Origin: Candidatus Latescibacterota bacterium
Lineage (GTDB): Bacteria > Latescibacterota > UBA2968 > GCA-2709665
Assembly (NCBI GenBank): GCA_963667175.2
Contig: CAXXXF010000015.1
Span: 512,001-576,000 of the forward strand
Length of the DNA stretch: 64,000 bases
Reading direction: 5' to 3'
In this document: positions 1 to 10,070 of the stretch, piece after piece
Layout: each line of letters begins with the position of its first letter
Position numbering within the stretch: position 1 is the first letter of the stretch
The notes under the pieces: model-generated
The model's input: the letters and a program-made list of their open reading frames with translations, nothing else
Databases searched by the model: none
What the model was told of the DNA's origin: nothing
Translations under genes and position numbers: made by a program

Positions 1-933
1 CCGGGTCGTCTCCCACGGGTCGGCGCGCTGGCGCAGCGCCACGCTGGCGTCGCCGCGCAACTCACTCTGTTCAGCGTCGATCTGGATGAAACGCCGCTGT
101 TCGGAAAAGAAAGGCGGCTGACCAAAGCGCAGTGAAAAATCCAGTTTCTTTCCCAGAAGGAGCACGACGTCGGCGCCTGCCAGACACGTGGCCGCCCGGC
201 GCAGGGCCGGATCGTTCACGCCGCGCGGGCTATCCATGGGCAGCGCGGGAATTCCCGTTATTTCCACCAGTTCCTGCACGGCCGACCAGCGTTGCGCCCG
301 CGCCATCGCGGGCCCTGCCAGGATCAGCGGCCGCTCCGCATGCCCCAGCATATCCAGCACGGCGTCCGGATCGGCGTCCGCCGCGCCCTTCGTCCGTTCC
401 GGTTGGGCAACGCTCTTGCTCTTACCTGGCGCCGATGCCTCCAGGACGTCGGACGGCAAACTCAGGTGCACCGGCCCCGGACGGCCGGATACGGCCAGCC
501 CCAGCGCCCTCGACAGGCCACTTTCAAGATTTTCACGTCTCTCCACCCGCCAGGATGCCTTGGCCACGGGATGCGCGGCCGCCGCCTGGTCCACCTCCTG
601 AAACGCTCCCCTCCCGATCTGCGCCTCGGGGCAATGTCCGCTCAGCATCACCACGGGAGACTCCGCCATCAACGCCACGTAGAGCGCCGACAACCCGTTG
701 CAATGGCCGGGGCCCGCCGTCAGCAGCGCGATGCCGGGCTCGTCGGTCAACCTTCCCCAGCCGTCCGCCATATGTACTGCCGCTGCTTCATGCCGTGTGT
801 GGATCAGTTCGAGTTCCCGCCCGATGGTCGCGTCGTAAACCGAAAGGATCTGATTGCCCGACAGGGAAAACAGATGCCTTATCCCAGCCGCTATCAACCC
901 TTCGACCAGCACTTCCGCACCGGTCATTGACAT
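1..933 (-). CDS. Thiamine pyrophosphate-binding enzyme (acetolactate synthase large subunit-like / 2-hydroxyacyl-CoA lyase family), runs off the window start
   Basis: Missing from the ORF track because it has no stop in the window. Manual translation gives MSMTGAEVLVEGL...HLFSLSGNQ...HTRHEAAAVHMADGWGRLT...TAGPG...GAFQEVDQ...GRPGPVHLSLPSDVL, the classic TPP N-terminal motifs. RBS-like AGGAAGG upstream. Confidence 0.9.
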   Translation of the reverse strand, partial: MSMTGAEVLVEGLIAAGIRHLFSLSGNQILSVYDATIGRELELIHTRHEAAAVHMADGWGRLTDEPGIALLTAGPGHCNGLSALYVALMAESPVVMLSGHCPEAQIGRGAFQEVDQAAAAHPVAKASWRVERRENLESGLSRALGLAVSGRPGPVHLSLPSDVLEASAPGKSKSVAQPERTKGAADADPDAVLDMLGHAERPLILAGPAMARAQRWSAVQELVEITGIPALPMDSPRGVNDPALRRAATCLAGADVVLLLGKKLDFSLRFGQPPFFSEQRRFIQIDAEQSELRGDASVALRQRADPWETTR

Positions 934-1003
934 GGAATGCGCCCTTCCTGTAACGCCAACGTCCGCGCACTGATGGAACGATCTGTCTTTACCGAACCGG
1001 GAA

Positions 1004-2206
1004 TTACCGGTCGAACATGCCTCTCACCAGCGCGTTCATCTCGCGCGCCCGGTGGAACGTCTCCGCGACTTCCTCTTTCAGGTCTTCCGGCCAGTAGACC
1101 GTACCCTCGCGAACCGTCAGCACCGGCTGAATCATGCGTGCGCCCATCTCCAGGTTGTCGCCCACGTCCCGGAACTCGAACGCGCCTTCCCGCACCTCGA
1201 ACGCTGCCAGGTCCGCTACGGTCCCAACCTTCAACGTTCCCAGTTCGTCCTCCCGGCCGATCGCCGCGGCCGGCGCCGCCGTTGTCTGGTAGACGACCTC
1301 GGGCAGTTCCATTCCGAAGTTCAGCATCTTGGACGCGGTCTCGGGCAGGCTGTAAACCGGATCGTTCAGACAATGCACGTGCAAATCGGTACTGATCACG
1401 TCCGAGGGAAAGCCCTGTGCAAGAGCCTTTTTGGCGACTTCAAACAGGAAACTGCCGCCGCCGTGGCCGAGGTCGAACAGGACCCCTCGCTCGCGTGCCG
1501 CCCACACCTCCGGAATCACCCTTTCCTCGGTACCGAGGATGGTATCGCCGCCGCCATGATAGCAGTGGGTGACAATATCGCCTTCTCGAACCTCTGCCAG
1601 CACGTCCGGAAGCGGAACGCCGGCGCTTGCGTGTACCATCACCTTCGAATTCGAAAGCTCGGCGGCCTTCACCGCCAGTTTCAGGGGGGCCACCCCGTTG
1701 TCCCCCACCTGCTGCCGGCCTTCGCGCACCTTCACGCCCACACAGAGCTCCGGCCATCGACCGATGATGTACGCCGTCCGTTCCGGGTCCGCATACCTCA
1801 GATCCTGCATCTCGCCCACGGGCCCATAGGTCAATCCTATGCCGCTGATATGCACAAATGTCAAGACCTGCGTCCGCGCCGGCGCCGCCACGTAGTCCCG
1901 AAAGCCCATGAAATTCGCCCATCCCGGGCTGCCCGCATCCACGACTGTCGTTACGCCCGTCGCCAGGCATAGCGCATCGGCCTTGATGCCCCAGGTGGTG
2001 GCGCCCGCATAGATGTGGGTGTGGATATCGATCCAGCCCGGCGTCAGAATCTTTCCGCCCAGATCCACCGTTTCTCTCGCGGGCTCCGCGATCTCCTTCT
2101 CCACGGCGGCGATCGTTTCACCGCGGACCGCGACGTCATACACCCCGTTCAATCCCTGGGCGCCGTCGATCACGGCGCCGCCTTTCAGCACCAGGTCGTA
2201 GATCAT
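1004..2206 (-). CDS. Amidohydrolase/deacetylase family metallohydrolase (dihydroorotase-like)
   Basis: PGWIDIHTH metal motif, GVTTVVDAGS, DLGHG, ISTDLH, GTLKVGTVADL. Start moved to MIYDLVLKGG, which has an AAGGA RBS. Confidence 0.88.
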   Translation of the reverse strand: MIYDLVLKGGAVIDGAQGLNGVYDVAVRGETIAAVEKEIAEPARETVDLGGKILTPGWIDIHTHIYAGATTWGIKADALCLATGVTTVVDAGSPGWANFMGFRDYVAAPARTQVLTFVHISGIGLTYGPVGEMQDLRYADPERTAYIIGRWPELCVGVKVREGRQQVGDNGVAPLKLAVKAAELSNSKVMVHASAGVPLPDVLAEVREGDIVTHCYHGGGDTILGTEERVIPEVWAARERGVLFDLGHGGGSFLFEVAKKALAQGFPSDVISTDLHVHCLNDPVYSLPETASKMLNFGMELPEVVYQTTAAPAAAIGREDELGTLKVGTVADLAAFEVREGAFEFRDVGDNLEMGARMIQPVLTVREGTVYWPEDLKEEVAETFHRAREMNALVRGMFDR

Positions 2207-2265
2207 ACTCTTGATTCCTTGCTCGAGACGCCGGTACTCCCACGTCTCTTCGGGATCCGGTTGTT

Positions 2266-3000
2266 TCACCGGCGCATGACGATATGGAACCGCTTGAGCA
2301 GCAGAGCCAGGGCCAGTCCGTTTGCCGCAAGTCCTCCCAATCCGTACCAGGCGTATCCTTCTCCAGACACAACCAGCCAGAACATCTTCATCGGCCAGTA
2401 GGTAGGGACCAGACCGGCGAGAAACTGCCAGTCGGACACCACAAAAAATGCGATCACGGGAATTATGGCGATCGCGTTCAGGATCTTTACGAAAGCGAAC
2501 CCGGTTACCTTGTTCTCCGCGAAACCCGCCAGCGCGAGCGCGGTAATCGGGGCATTGAACGAAGCCAACAGCGACACCGCCGCCAGATCGGACAACGAGA
2601 CCGGCATCAGACCGATCAGGCGATAACCGGCAATGGTAATGACAAAGCCGGACATCAGTGGAATCGTGATCCTGTAGGCCAGATACCCGGCCGCCGACGC
2701 GGGTGTGACCATCAGCGCCGTAAGCATCCGGTCATCCCGCTCGTCCAGCAGAAGAAAGCCGATTACCGTGCCGACCATCCCCGGCGCCGTCATTACGTAA
2801 GTGCTCATCAGCAGGGGGTAATACGGCCTCAGATCAAATGCATGGACGTCGAGCAGCCAGTCGGCCAGCGGCGGCAGGCCGAATCGATACAGGGCGGCGA
2901 TCAGCCACGGCATGGCGGCCATCCAGGCCAACAGCCTGTCGCGCTTCACGTTCCTGAAATCAACCCAGCCGAGGGATCGATAGGCAGCCAGCATCTGCAA
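2266..3000 (-). CDS. ABC-2 type exporter permease (Rv2686c-like)
   Basis: About 6 hydrophobic segments; LLDERDDRMLTALMVTP and ENKVTGFA motifs; operon with the ATPase. Confidence 0.8.
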   Translation of the reverse strand: MQMLAAYRSLGWVDFRNVKRDRLLAWMAAMPWLIAALYRFGLPPLADWLLDVHAFDLRPYYPLLMSTYVMTAPGMVGTVIGFLLLDERDDRMLTALMVTPASAAGYLAYRITIPLMSGFVITIAGYRLIGLMPVSLSDLAAVSLLASFNAPITALALAGFAENKVTGFAFVKILNAIAIIPVIAFFVVSDWQFLAGLVPTYWPMKMFWLVVSGEGYAWYGLGGLAANGLALALLLKRFHIVMRR

Positions 3001-3015
3001 GGATCGGTACTCCCG

Positions 3016-3726
3016 CTATACGCCCGCCTCGCGGACGACGAATCGGGTAAACCGCCGCCGCGCAACGACAAAGCCGACACCGGTCCATGCAATCGCCGCC
3101 GCGATCGCGAAGGCCATCTCCCCAATGCCGGTCGGGCGAAAGGCCGCCCTCATCAATTCCATGGCCGGCTCCATCGGATGAAGAATGAATATCGACCGGT
3201 CCGCCAGCCCGAAATGAGGCAGCAGAGGCAGCAGCAGCGCGGTCACGTAGAGAACGGAAGGAATCAGAAACGCGTTGATCGAACCATACCTTACAACCAC
3301 GATAAACCCCGCCAACGAGTAAATCGCGCCGAGCGCGAATGCGCCCGACAACAGCAACGCCCAGTTTCCGCGGATTCCCATGACGACCACGACGATCAAC
3401 AGGCTCTCGGCAATCGCCAGCAGCGTCAGCGAAACGACCTTTGAGAATAGATATTCAACGTCTCGAAGCGGCGTAGCCACGAGCGAGGTCAGAATGCCCT
3501 CGCTCTTCTCAATCAGAACCAGACCGCTGATGAAGTAAAACGTCGTCACATAGAGGTTGACTGCGAAAAATGCCGGCACGACGGCGCCGGCATCCGCTCG
3601 CCCGATTCCAGGAATCAGGCTGAACAGCGCTCCCCAGAACAACACCATGCCGACGCCAACCGCATAGAACTTATACCTGTACTGCAACATCGCATCCCAG
3701 CGGAGAACCGAAAACAGGCGCTTCAT
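3016..3726 (-). CDS. ABC-2 type exporter permease (Rv2687c-like)
   Basis: Multi-TM protein with LIEKSEGILTSLVATPL motif; overlaps the ATPase stop. Confidence 0.8.
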   Translation of the reverse strand: MKRLFSVLRWDAMLQYRYKFYAVGVGMVLFWGALFSLIPGIGRADAGAVVPAFFAVNLYVTTFYFISGLVLIEKSEGILTSLVATPLRDVEYLFSKVVSLTLLAIAESLLIVVVVMGIRGNWALLLSGAFALGAIYSLAGFIVVVRYGSINAFLIPSVLYVTALLLPLLPHFGLADRSIFILHPMEPAMELMRAAFRPTGIGEMAFAIAAAIAWTGVGFVVARRRFTRFVVREAGV

Positions 3727-4577
3727 GTCAACGTTCTCCCGGTCACCTTAACGAAGATATCTTCCAGCGTGGTCTCCTGGGTATGCATCGTCTGAATGGA
3801 CGCGGCGCGCAGGATTTCCATAAACCCCGGATGATCCGCCAACCCTTCCAGAGGGAATTCCGCCCGCTGCAGGCCGCCGTCCGCAAGGGTTTCCACGCAC
3901 AGCGTTCGCCGGCCGTATCGCAGCTTCAACGCCCGCGGCGCGTCGACCAGCCGGACGTCGCCGTCCACGATAAACGCCACGCGATCGCAGAGTTCATCCG
4001 CCACGGCCATATCGTGGGTTGTCAGGAATACCGTGGCGCCGGTGTCACGCTGCTCCCGGATCAGGTCCCGGATCCGGCGGCTGCTCACCGGGTCCAGGCC
4101 CGCCGTGGGCTCATCCAGAAAGAGGAGTTCCGGTCTGTTCAACAGCGCTCGCGCGAAGTTCAGCCTCCCGCGCATGCCCCTGGAAAACTGCCCGACGCGT
4201 TTGTCGCCGTCTTCCTCGAGTCCGACCAGACCCAGAAGGCGCCGCGGAGTTTCCGTTTGCCCTGTGTAGAGGGTGCGGAAATAGCGGAGATTCTCCAGGG
4301 CCGTTAATTTCAAATAGTGGTTGGGGACCTCGAACGAGACCCCGATCCGCTCGTAATAGCTGTTGTCCCACGATCCGAGATCCCGCTCGAAGACCAGAAC
4401 CCGGCCGGTGTATTCCCGAAGAAGCCCGATCAGCACTTTTTGAGCTGTACTCTTGCCCGCCCCGTTGGGGCCGAGGAAGCCGAAGATCTCCCCCTTCTCA
4501 ACCTTGAAGTCGACCGAACGCACCGCCGGCGCCGCCGCGCCCGGATAGACGTAGGTCAATCCCTCGGCTTCAATCAT
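3723..4577 (-). CDS. ABC transporter ATP-binding protein (Rv2688c-like)
   Basis: Walker A GPNGAGKS, signature FSRGM, Walker B LFLDEP, H-loop TTH. Confidence 0.93.
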   Translation of the reverse strand: MIEAEGLTYVYPGAAAPAVRSVDFKVEKGEIFGFLGPNGAGKSTAQKVLIGLLREYTGRVLVFERDLGSWDNSYYERIGVSFEVPNHYLKLTALENLRYFRTLYTGQTETPRRLLGLVGLEEDGDKRVGQFSRGMRGRLNFARALLNRPELLFLDEPTAGLDPVSSRRIRDLIREQRDTGATVFLTTHDMAVADELCDRVAFIVDGDVRLVDAPRALKLRYGRRTLCVETLADGGLQRAEFPLEGLADHPGFMEILRAASIQTMHTQETTLEDIFVKVTGRTLT

Positions 4578-5143
4578 GAAACGCTCGCACCGCGGACTTC
4601 CGGTTCAACCTGAATACGTTCTCTCTCCGCGCCCGCTTTCGTCAGATATTTCTGAAAGAACTCCCGTGTCGAGAGGCCGGACTCCCTGTATATCCGATGG
4701 ATGTCCACCCGGTCCACGTCGTCTCCCCACGGCCAGATCCGGTCCTGTAGACAGACCACGCCGCCAACCCCGTCGAAGGCGTCCTGAATCCACCGGCGAT
4801 GCCACCAGACGAAGGGTTCCGGCAGGTGTTGAGGCGAATAAAAGCCCGCTTCGATAACCTCCTCCGGTTGCGGTGTCAAACCCTGGCTTCGAGGAACGCC
4901 GGCGAAGACTATCGAATGATTGCCTCCTTCACGCCACCTGGGGCTGGAATAGATCCCCACCAGCCGCGTCAGCTCGATTTCGATCCCGGTTTCTTCCCTG
5001 ACCTCCCGGATTGCCGTTTCGGCAATGGTTTCTCCCGGCTCGCCATTCCCGCCCGGCAGCGCCCACGCTTCGCAGTCCCGTCTCTTGATCAACAGCACGT
5101 TGCCTGAAGTACTGACAACCGCGCTCGCTCCAATGGTCGGCAT
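4574..5143 (-). CDS. NUDIX hydrolase
   Basis: Nudix box GGNGEPGETIAETAIREVREETG. Start moved to MPTIGAS. Confidence 0.9.
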   Translation of the reverse strand: MPTIGASAVVSTSGNVLLIKRRDCEAWALPGGNGEPGETIAETAIREVREETGIEIELTRLVGIYSSPRWREGGNHSIVFAGVPRSQGLTPQPEEVIEAGFYSPQHLPEPFVWWHRRWIQDAFDGVGGVVCLQDRIWPWGDDVDRVDIHRIYRESGLSTREFFQKYLTKAGAERERIQVEPEVRGASVS

Positions 5144-5187
5144 ACAGTCTCCCTGCTTCGCTGTGCTCAGCCGCAACCGAAACGGCG

Positions 5188-5973
5188 CTACCGGAAGTGC
5201 GGATGTTCCATCACCGCCCGTTCCGCTTCCGTCATGTCCAGAATGTAGTCAGGATACGTCACCTCATGCGCGCCCACCCCGTAGGCCTGAAATCCCGGGC
5301 TGAACTTGTACAGCAGCGCCCGCCGCTGATGGTCGGCCGTCCACGGCAGCGTCCCGTGGGTCAGCGTCTCCGTAAAAATCACCACGTCTCCCGCGCGCCC
5401 ATTGACCTCCACCACGTGTTCCTGGTATTTCTCACCCCGGATCATCTCCCTCGGGCACGCCAGATTCGCCTTGTGGCTGCCCGGCAACACCACCACACCC
5501 CCGTCGCCCGGTCCTTCGTCCGCCAGCAGATATTCCACCACGGTCAGCCCGCAGTAGATGCGTCCGCTCTTGAAAAAATACGCCTCTGACAGATCCGGAC
5601 GTTCCACGCCGCCGCCGTGCAGCGTGCCCCCTTCGCAGCCCTTGTCCATGGCAATCAGTCCGGGCCCGTGGTCCAGCCGGTATCCCTTGCCCAGAATCAC
5701 GTGCAGATAGGGCATCACACGGGGATGCACGAGCATCTCCCTGAAAGGTTCGCACCAGGGCCGCTCCCATGCCAGCATTCCGCTCAGATCCTTCCTGTTC
5801 GACGTACCCCCAAGCGCCGGCGCGCCGATCGTGAGCGACCCCTCCCTTTCCCTGAGCTGATCGGCGTGGCGAGCGATCGCCTCGTTGCAGCGGTCGACTT
5901 CCTCCGATGTCAGGACGTCTTTGAGCACCAGGTACCCGTTCAGATCGAATAGATATTTCTCATCGTCGGTCAT
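5188..5973 (-). CDS. Phytanoyl-CoA dioxygenase (PhyH) family Fe(II)/2OG enzyme, HxG variant
   Basis: FDLNGYLVL start, PGSHK, GDVVIF..LTHG, RR motif; first metal motif is LHGG. Confidence 0.88.
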   Translation of the reverse strand: MTDDEKYLFDLNGYLVLKDVLTSEEVDRCNEAIARHADQLREREGSLTIGAPALGGTSNRKDLSGMLAWERPWCEPFREMLVHPRVMPYLHVILGKGYRLDHGPGLIAMDKGCEGGTLHGGGVERPDLSEAYFFKSGRIYCGLTVVEYLLADEGPGDGGVVVLPGSHKANLACPREMIRGEKYQEHVVEVNGRAGDVVIFTETLTHGTLPWTADHQRRALLYKFSPGFQAYGVGAHEVTYPDYILDMTEAERAVMEHPHFR

Positions 5974-6080
5974 GTCATCCCTCCTCGGGTTCCTTCAGTG
6001 AGACTTCAGCGCAGAGTACGCGCCTGTCAATTCACGCTGCGTGCGTGCGGCCAGGGGTTGAAATCCCCCGGCGTTCACGA

Positions 6081-6545
6081 TCATTTGTACATCTGAATCG
6101 AGAACATCCCATAGCCATGCCGCTCATAGAATCGAACCGTGCGCATCCAATCCACGTTATTCGAACCCACCATCGAGCGGTTGATTCCTTCCGACTCCGA
6201 TCTCGCCAGCAACGCCGCGACGAGCCGGTCTCCAACTCCCTTTTCGCGGTGGTCATCATGGACAAAGACCTCGTGAACGTCCAGGTATCGCTCGCACTCG
6301 GGTTTGAATATCGAATGTTTCCCGACTTTCACGACTCCCGCGGCGTACGCGATGACGACACCTTCATGCTCACCGACCAGAAAATAGCCGCCGTCAAGCC
6401 AGGACTGAAGATGCTTGTCGCCTTCCACCAACGCGACATAGCCGATTGTACAACCTTCCTCGGCCCAAAGTTTCGACAAACCTACAACAGCGGGCACATC
6501 GTCAGTCCTTGCCTGCCTGATTTGATATCCCAAAGCGTCCGTCAC
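6081..6545 (-). CDS. GNAT family N-acetyltransferase
   Basis: FVHDDHREKGVGDRL acetyl-CoA motif and RFYERHGY. Likely GTG start behind GGAGAAGAAG; the ORF extends to 6623. Confidence 0.85.
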   Translation of the reverse strand: MTDALGYQIRQARTDDVPAVVGLSKLWAEEGCTIGYVALVEGDKHLQSWLDGGYFLVGEHEGVVIAYAAGVVKVGKHSIFKPECERYLDVHEVFVHDDHREKGVGDRLVAALLARSESEGINRSMVGSNNVDWMRTVRFYERHGYGMFSIQMYK

Positions 6546-6628
6546 CTTCTTCTCCGGATCTGGAAATCCCCCTTCGACGCGACCTTCCCCTCCAGCACCT
6601 TCGCCCCGATCGCCATTTGACATTCGCC

Positions 6629-7678
6629 CTATCGACTGACGACGTTCTGGCGATAATCGCCATGGGAAATGAGTTCGGGCGCATAGGCGAACAGCGCGGG
6701 GTTCCCCCCGGTATGCACGTAGACGACCGTGGATCCGGACGGTATCTCCCCCGAGCGGATCCGGTCGATCACCCCGGACATGGCCTTGCTGGTATAAACA
6801 GGATCCAGAAGGATCCCCTCAGTCCGCGCCATCAGGTGCAATGCGTCCAGGCCCGCCTCGGTTACAATCCCGTAGTTCTCGCCCACGTACGCGTCCGTGT
6901 TCTCCATTTCATCGGCCGTCATTCGAATGTCCAGCTCCATCAGCGCCGCCGTTTCGTTGGCCACTTCGGCAAGCTGCGCCCGGCGTTGCGCCTCGTTTCC
7001 CCGGCTCGGCGAGAATCCCTGCGCGCGGACCGGCAATCCCAGCGCTTTCACACCCAACGCCAGCCCCGCGTGCGTGCCGTGACCGGACGCCGTACAGATA
7101 AAGTCCGTCTGCGCGTTCATGGCTTCCAGTTGCGCCACAATCTCCAGCGCGCATCCGACGTAAGCGACCGTGCCCAGCACCACCGCCCGCCGCCCGATGA
7201 GATACGGCTTCTCTCCCTGCGCCCGCAGTTCGTCCATGACCTCTTTCTTCACGTCCTCCTGGCTCACGCCCTCGGCAACCAGCCGGACGTCCGCACCGAG
7301 GATATTGTCCAGCAGTTGATTGCCCTGGATGCCCATCAGGCTCCGATGATCGTGACGGTTCACCAGCACGCATTTCATTCCAAGTTTCGAGGCTGCAGCC
7401 GCCGCCTGCCGCGCGTGATTCGACTGCGAGGCCGCACCCGTCACCAGGGCCGTGGCCCCGTTCGCAACCGCGTCGCCAAGAGCGAGACTGAACTTCCGCG
7501 TCTTGTTCCCGCCGAACGCGAGACCGGTCAGATCGTCCCGCTTCACGAGCACCCGTACTTTCCCGCCCAGCGCCTCCGAGAACCTGGGGCAATCGTGCAG
7601 CGGCGTGGGAAGTTCGGCCAGGGCCGTTTTCGGAAAACGATCGATAACAGCCTGCAATTCCTTAGCGCTAACGGCCAT
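6629..7678 (-). CDS. D-cysteine desulfhydrase / ACC deaminase family PLP enzyme
   Basis: KRDD..GGNKTRK PLP lysine, QSNHAR, EGILLDPVYTSK, HTGG. Confidence 0.92.
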   Translation of the reverse strand: MAVSAKELQAVIDRFPKTALAELPTPLHDCPRFSEALGGKVRVLVKRDDLTGLAFGGNKTRKFSLALGDAVANGATALVTGAASQSNHARQAAAAASKLGMKCVLVNRHDHRSLMGIQGNQLLDNILGADVRLVAEGVSQEDVKKEVMDELRAQGEKPYLIGRRAVVLGTVAYVGCALEIVAQLEAMNAQTDFICTASGHGTHAGLALGVKALGLPVRAQGFSPSRGNEAQRRAQLAEVANETAALMELDIRMTADEMENTDAYVGENYGIVTEAGLDALHLMARTEGILLDPVYTSKAMSGVIDRIRSGEIPSGSTVVYVHTGGNPALFAYAPELISHGDYRQNVVSR

Positions 7679-7900
7679 GGATTCCTCCATCCGCAATGTG
7701 AAACGGGGAGCCGCGGACCGACCCCGTTTCCCGCAATCGATGCGTGACGTTTCCGCCGCAGCCGGCAATGATGGCAAAATGGCACAGTTTCACCGGGAAG
7801 TCAAAGAAAAAGGGTGTTGTGCGCCTGCCTTCAATTCCATTGTGTCGGCCCCGGTCGATTTCTATATTCGGGAAACCGCAGCACAATCAGGGAGGTACGA

Positions 7901-8725
7901 ATGACCACATCCGCCGAGAGCGTTATCGCGAAAAACGCGCAGGCTCTGGACGACGAGACCACGCGGAAGATCGTGGAGCAGTTCAACCGCGACGGGTTTT
8001 ATTTCATGGAGAATGTGCTCGATCCCGAGGAGGTGGACGCACTGAGGGAGGGCATGGAGCGCAAATGGGACGATCCCCGGATCCAGGCGGACGAGGCCGG
8101 CGATCACATCCGCGGCATCAGCATGATGCGCATGTACGAGTACGACCGCAATTTCCGGGACCTGATCGAACGCGAGCCGATCGCCAGTCTCGCGGAAGCC
8201 ATCCTGGGTGACGACTGCCACATGATGTCCCAGAATGCTCTGCGATACGAACCCGGCCAGGGCGGCGGATGGCACCTCGACGATAGAATCCACTTCCCGC
8301 TTCCCGACGGCGTTCCGCGCCACAATCCGGATGTCCCCGTCCCCTGCTTCGTGATGAACGTGATGATTCCGCTCAGCAGGGCCGACGCCGCGGAATACGG
8401 CGTCACCCAGGTCATCCCCGGCAGCCACTACGCCGGCAGACACCCGAACGACCGCGAGAATCCGACCTTCGAAGGCCGGAAACCGGTGTCCCTTTTCGCC
8501 AAAAAAGGCGACATATATTGGTTCCACAACCAGGTCTGGCATCGCGGGTCGCGGAACGATTCCGACCAGGTGCGTTACGTTGGCTCAATCGTCTACAGCC
8601 AGCGGATGATCGCCCAGCGCCTCTACCCGTTCATCGATTACCGCATGCCCGACCACGTCTGGGAAGGCGCCGGTCCCCGCCTGCAGCGGCTCCTGGGCCG
8701 GCACGAAAAAGGAGCGTATGGATGA
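7901..8725 (+). CDS. PhyH family dioxygenase (canonical HxD)
   Basis: WHLD, PGSH, NQVWHRG; GGAGG RBS before ATG 7901. Confidence 0.9.
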   Translation: MTTSAESVIAKNAQALDDETTRKIVEQFNRDGFYFMENVLDPEEVDALREGMERKWDDPRIQADEAGDHIRGISMMRMYEYDRNFRDLIEREPIASLAEAILGDDCHMMSQNALRYEPGQGGGWHLDDRIHFPLPDGVPRHNPDVPVPCFVMNVMIPLSRADAAEYGVTQVIPGSHYAGRHPNDRENPTFEGRKPVSLFAKKGDIYWFHNQVWHRGSRNDSDQVRYVGSIVYSQRMIAQRLYPFIDYRMPDHVWEGAGPRLQRLLGRHEKGAYG

Positions 8726-8732
8726 GGAAAAG

Positions 8733-8764
8733 CAGCTATCAGCCATCAGCTATCAGCAGTCAGC
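8733..8764. repeat. Heptamer short tandem repeat CAGC(T/C/A)(A/G)T (STRR-like); other copies at about 9018, 29465, 29619, 34596-34750, 47779, 56950, 57086, 63361
   Basis: cagctat cagccat cagctat cagcagt cagc read directly; the same motif recurs on either strand at gene ends. Confidence 0.85.
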
Positions 8765-8926
8765 TTGTAGCAAAAACCAACCCGTCGACATCATCGTCGT
8801 CACGTGTCAGGAACGAACGGAACGCAGACCTCTCCCCCCGGCCTGCCGGCAGCAATCATCCGTTAGCCAAAACCGGTTACCAATTCGACGGTTGTGAGAT
8901 ATCTATTCACGTATACGTGGTATCTT

Positions 8927-9000
8927 GTAGGGGCGGTTCGCGAACCGCCCGATTGGAATGGTGACGGGGAAAGGAGGGCAACCACAAGGGTTGCCCCTAC
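8927..9000. repeat. Pair of inverted GTAG-type REP elements (REPIN-like)
   Basis: GTAG-GGGCGGTTCGCGAACCGCCC (8927-8950) and GGGCAACCACAAGGGTTGCCC-CTAC (8976-9000). The second also occurs at 29535 and 56995. Confidence 0.8.
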
Positions 9001-9086
9001 ATTCCAGAGTTCAACAATCAGCTTTCAGTTGTCAGCCAGAAGTAAAAGCCCACCCAATTGACGTCAGCGCAAAGAGGGGGCGTAGC

Positions 9087-9449
9087 GTGCCAAACGTTCA
9101 GGGAATCGGCGGGTTCTTCTTTCGGGCAAAGGACCCGGAAGGCCTTACGAAATGGTATCACGATCACCTTGGCATCAATCCTGCTCCCACGAATATGGAG
9201 ATGGCGCCCTGGGTGACCGGGTCCGGGGCCACGGTTTTCTCACCCTTCGATGCCGACACGGACTATTTCGCGGCGGACAAGTCTTTCATGCTGAACTTCC
9301 GCGTGGCCGATCTGGACGCGATGATCGCGCAGTTGAAGTCCGCGGATATCGAGGTCAGCCACGAAAGCGAGATGGAGGGCATCGGCCGCTTCGCCCGCAT
9401 CCACGATCCCGAAGGAAACGCGATCGAGCTTTGGGAACCCGCGTCGTGA
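9087..9449 (+). CDS. VOC/glyoxalase family protein
   Basis: GIGGFFFRAKDP...MLNFRVADLD...DPEGNAIELWEP; GTG start after GAGGGGG. Confidence 0.9.
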   Translation: MPNVQGIGGFFFRAKDPEGLTKWYHDHLGINPAPTNMEMAPWVTGSGATVFSPFDADTDYFAADKSFMLNFRVADLDAMIAQLKSADIEVSHESEMEGIGRFARIHDPEGNAIELWEPAS

Positions 9450-9705
9450 GATTCGCACATGTGCTGGTGGACGCGACGGCGCGCGACCCACTCGGAACCC
9501 TCTGCGCCTCAGTTTGTGAAACCGCAATCCCTCGTAAACGAACGAGGATTCGAGAGAGCGAAGGATCACAACGGCTTCAATCTCCGGCTGACTGCCTGAT
9601 CCGAAAAATATCCGCCTGATATTGGCAATTGGAGTTGATTTTTCGGAAGTCAATGCACTCATTCAAGGGGCTGCATATTCCGGCAATCTGAATTCGCCTT
9701 CGCCC

Positions 9706-9734
9706 TTGCCACAGTTTTCCATTGTATGTATAAT
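9706..9734 (+). promoter_or_regulatory. Sigma70-like promoter upstream of the DUF2188 operon
   Basis: TTGCCA-17 nt-TATAAT. Confidence 0.6.
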
Positions 9735-9854
9735 TTCATTCGCCACCCGGAATGAGCTTAGTTTTGGGATAATCAACTCAGTGTGTGCACACACTCTGTG
9801 TTATATTCGTAATCGACTCAAAGAAGCACGCACGAGGGTGAGAAGGGACCTGCC

Positions 9855-10070
9855 ATGGCACGAAAATCACAAACATCCAATTGCAAGAGAGTTCATGTCA
9901 TCTCAAGAAAAGATCGTTGGGCAGTCATGAAGGAAGGGAACTCCAGAGCGTCAAAAATCTACGGCACCAAATCTGCTGCCGAAGAAGGCGCCAGCGAAAT
10001 ATCGAATGGCAGTGATGTTGTCATCCATAGACGAGATGGAACTGTACAAAAATGGATAAAGGCTAAGTGA
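9855..10070 (+). CDS. DUF2188-like small protein
   Basis: VHVI..WAV.KEG..RAS...TK..A...A......VVIHRRDG pattern. Confidence 0.8.
   Translation: MARKSQTSNCKRVHVISRKDRWAVMKEGNSRASKIYGTKSAAEEGASEISNGSDVVIHRRDGTVQKWIKAK

Noticed and set aside
132-953. Plus-strand ORFs (273, 137 and 212 aa)
   Set aside because: Antisense shadows of the minus-strand TPP enzyme gene, which the track missed.
2266-4577. Fluoroquinolone resistance locus
   Set aside because: Family resemblance to Rv2686c-2688c does not establish the substrate.
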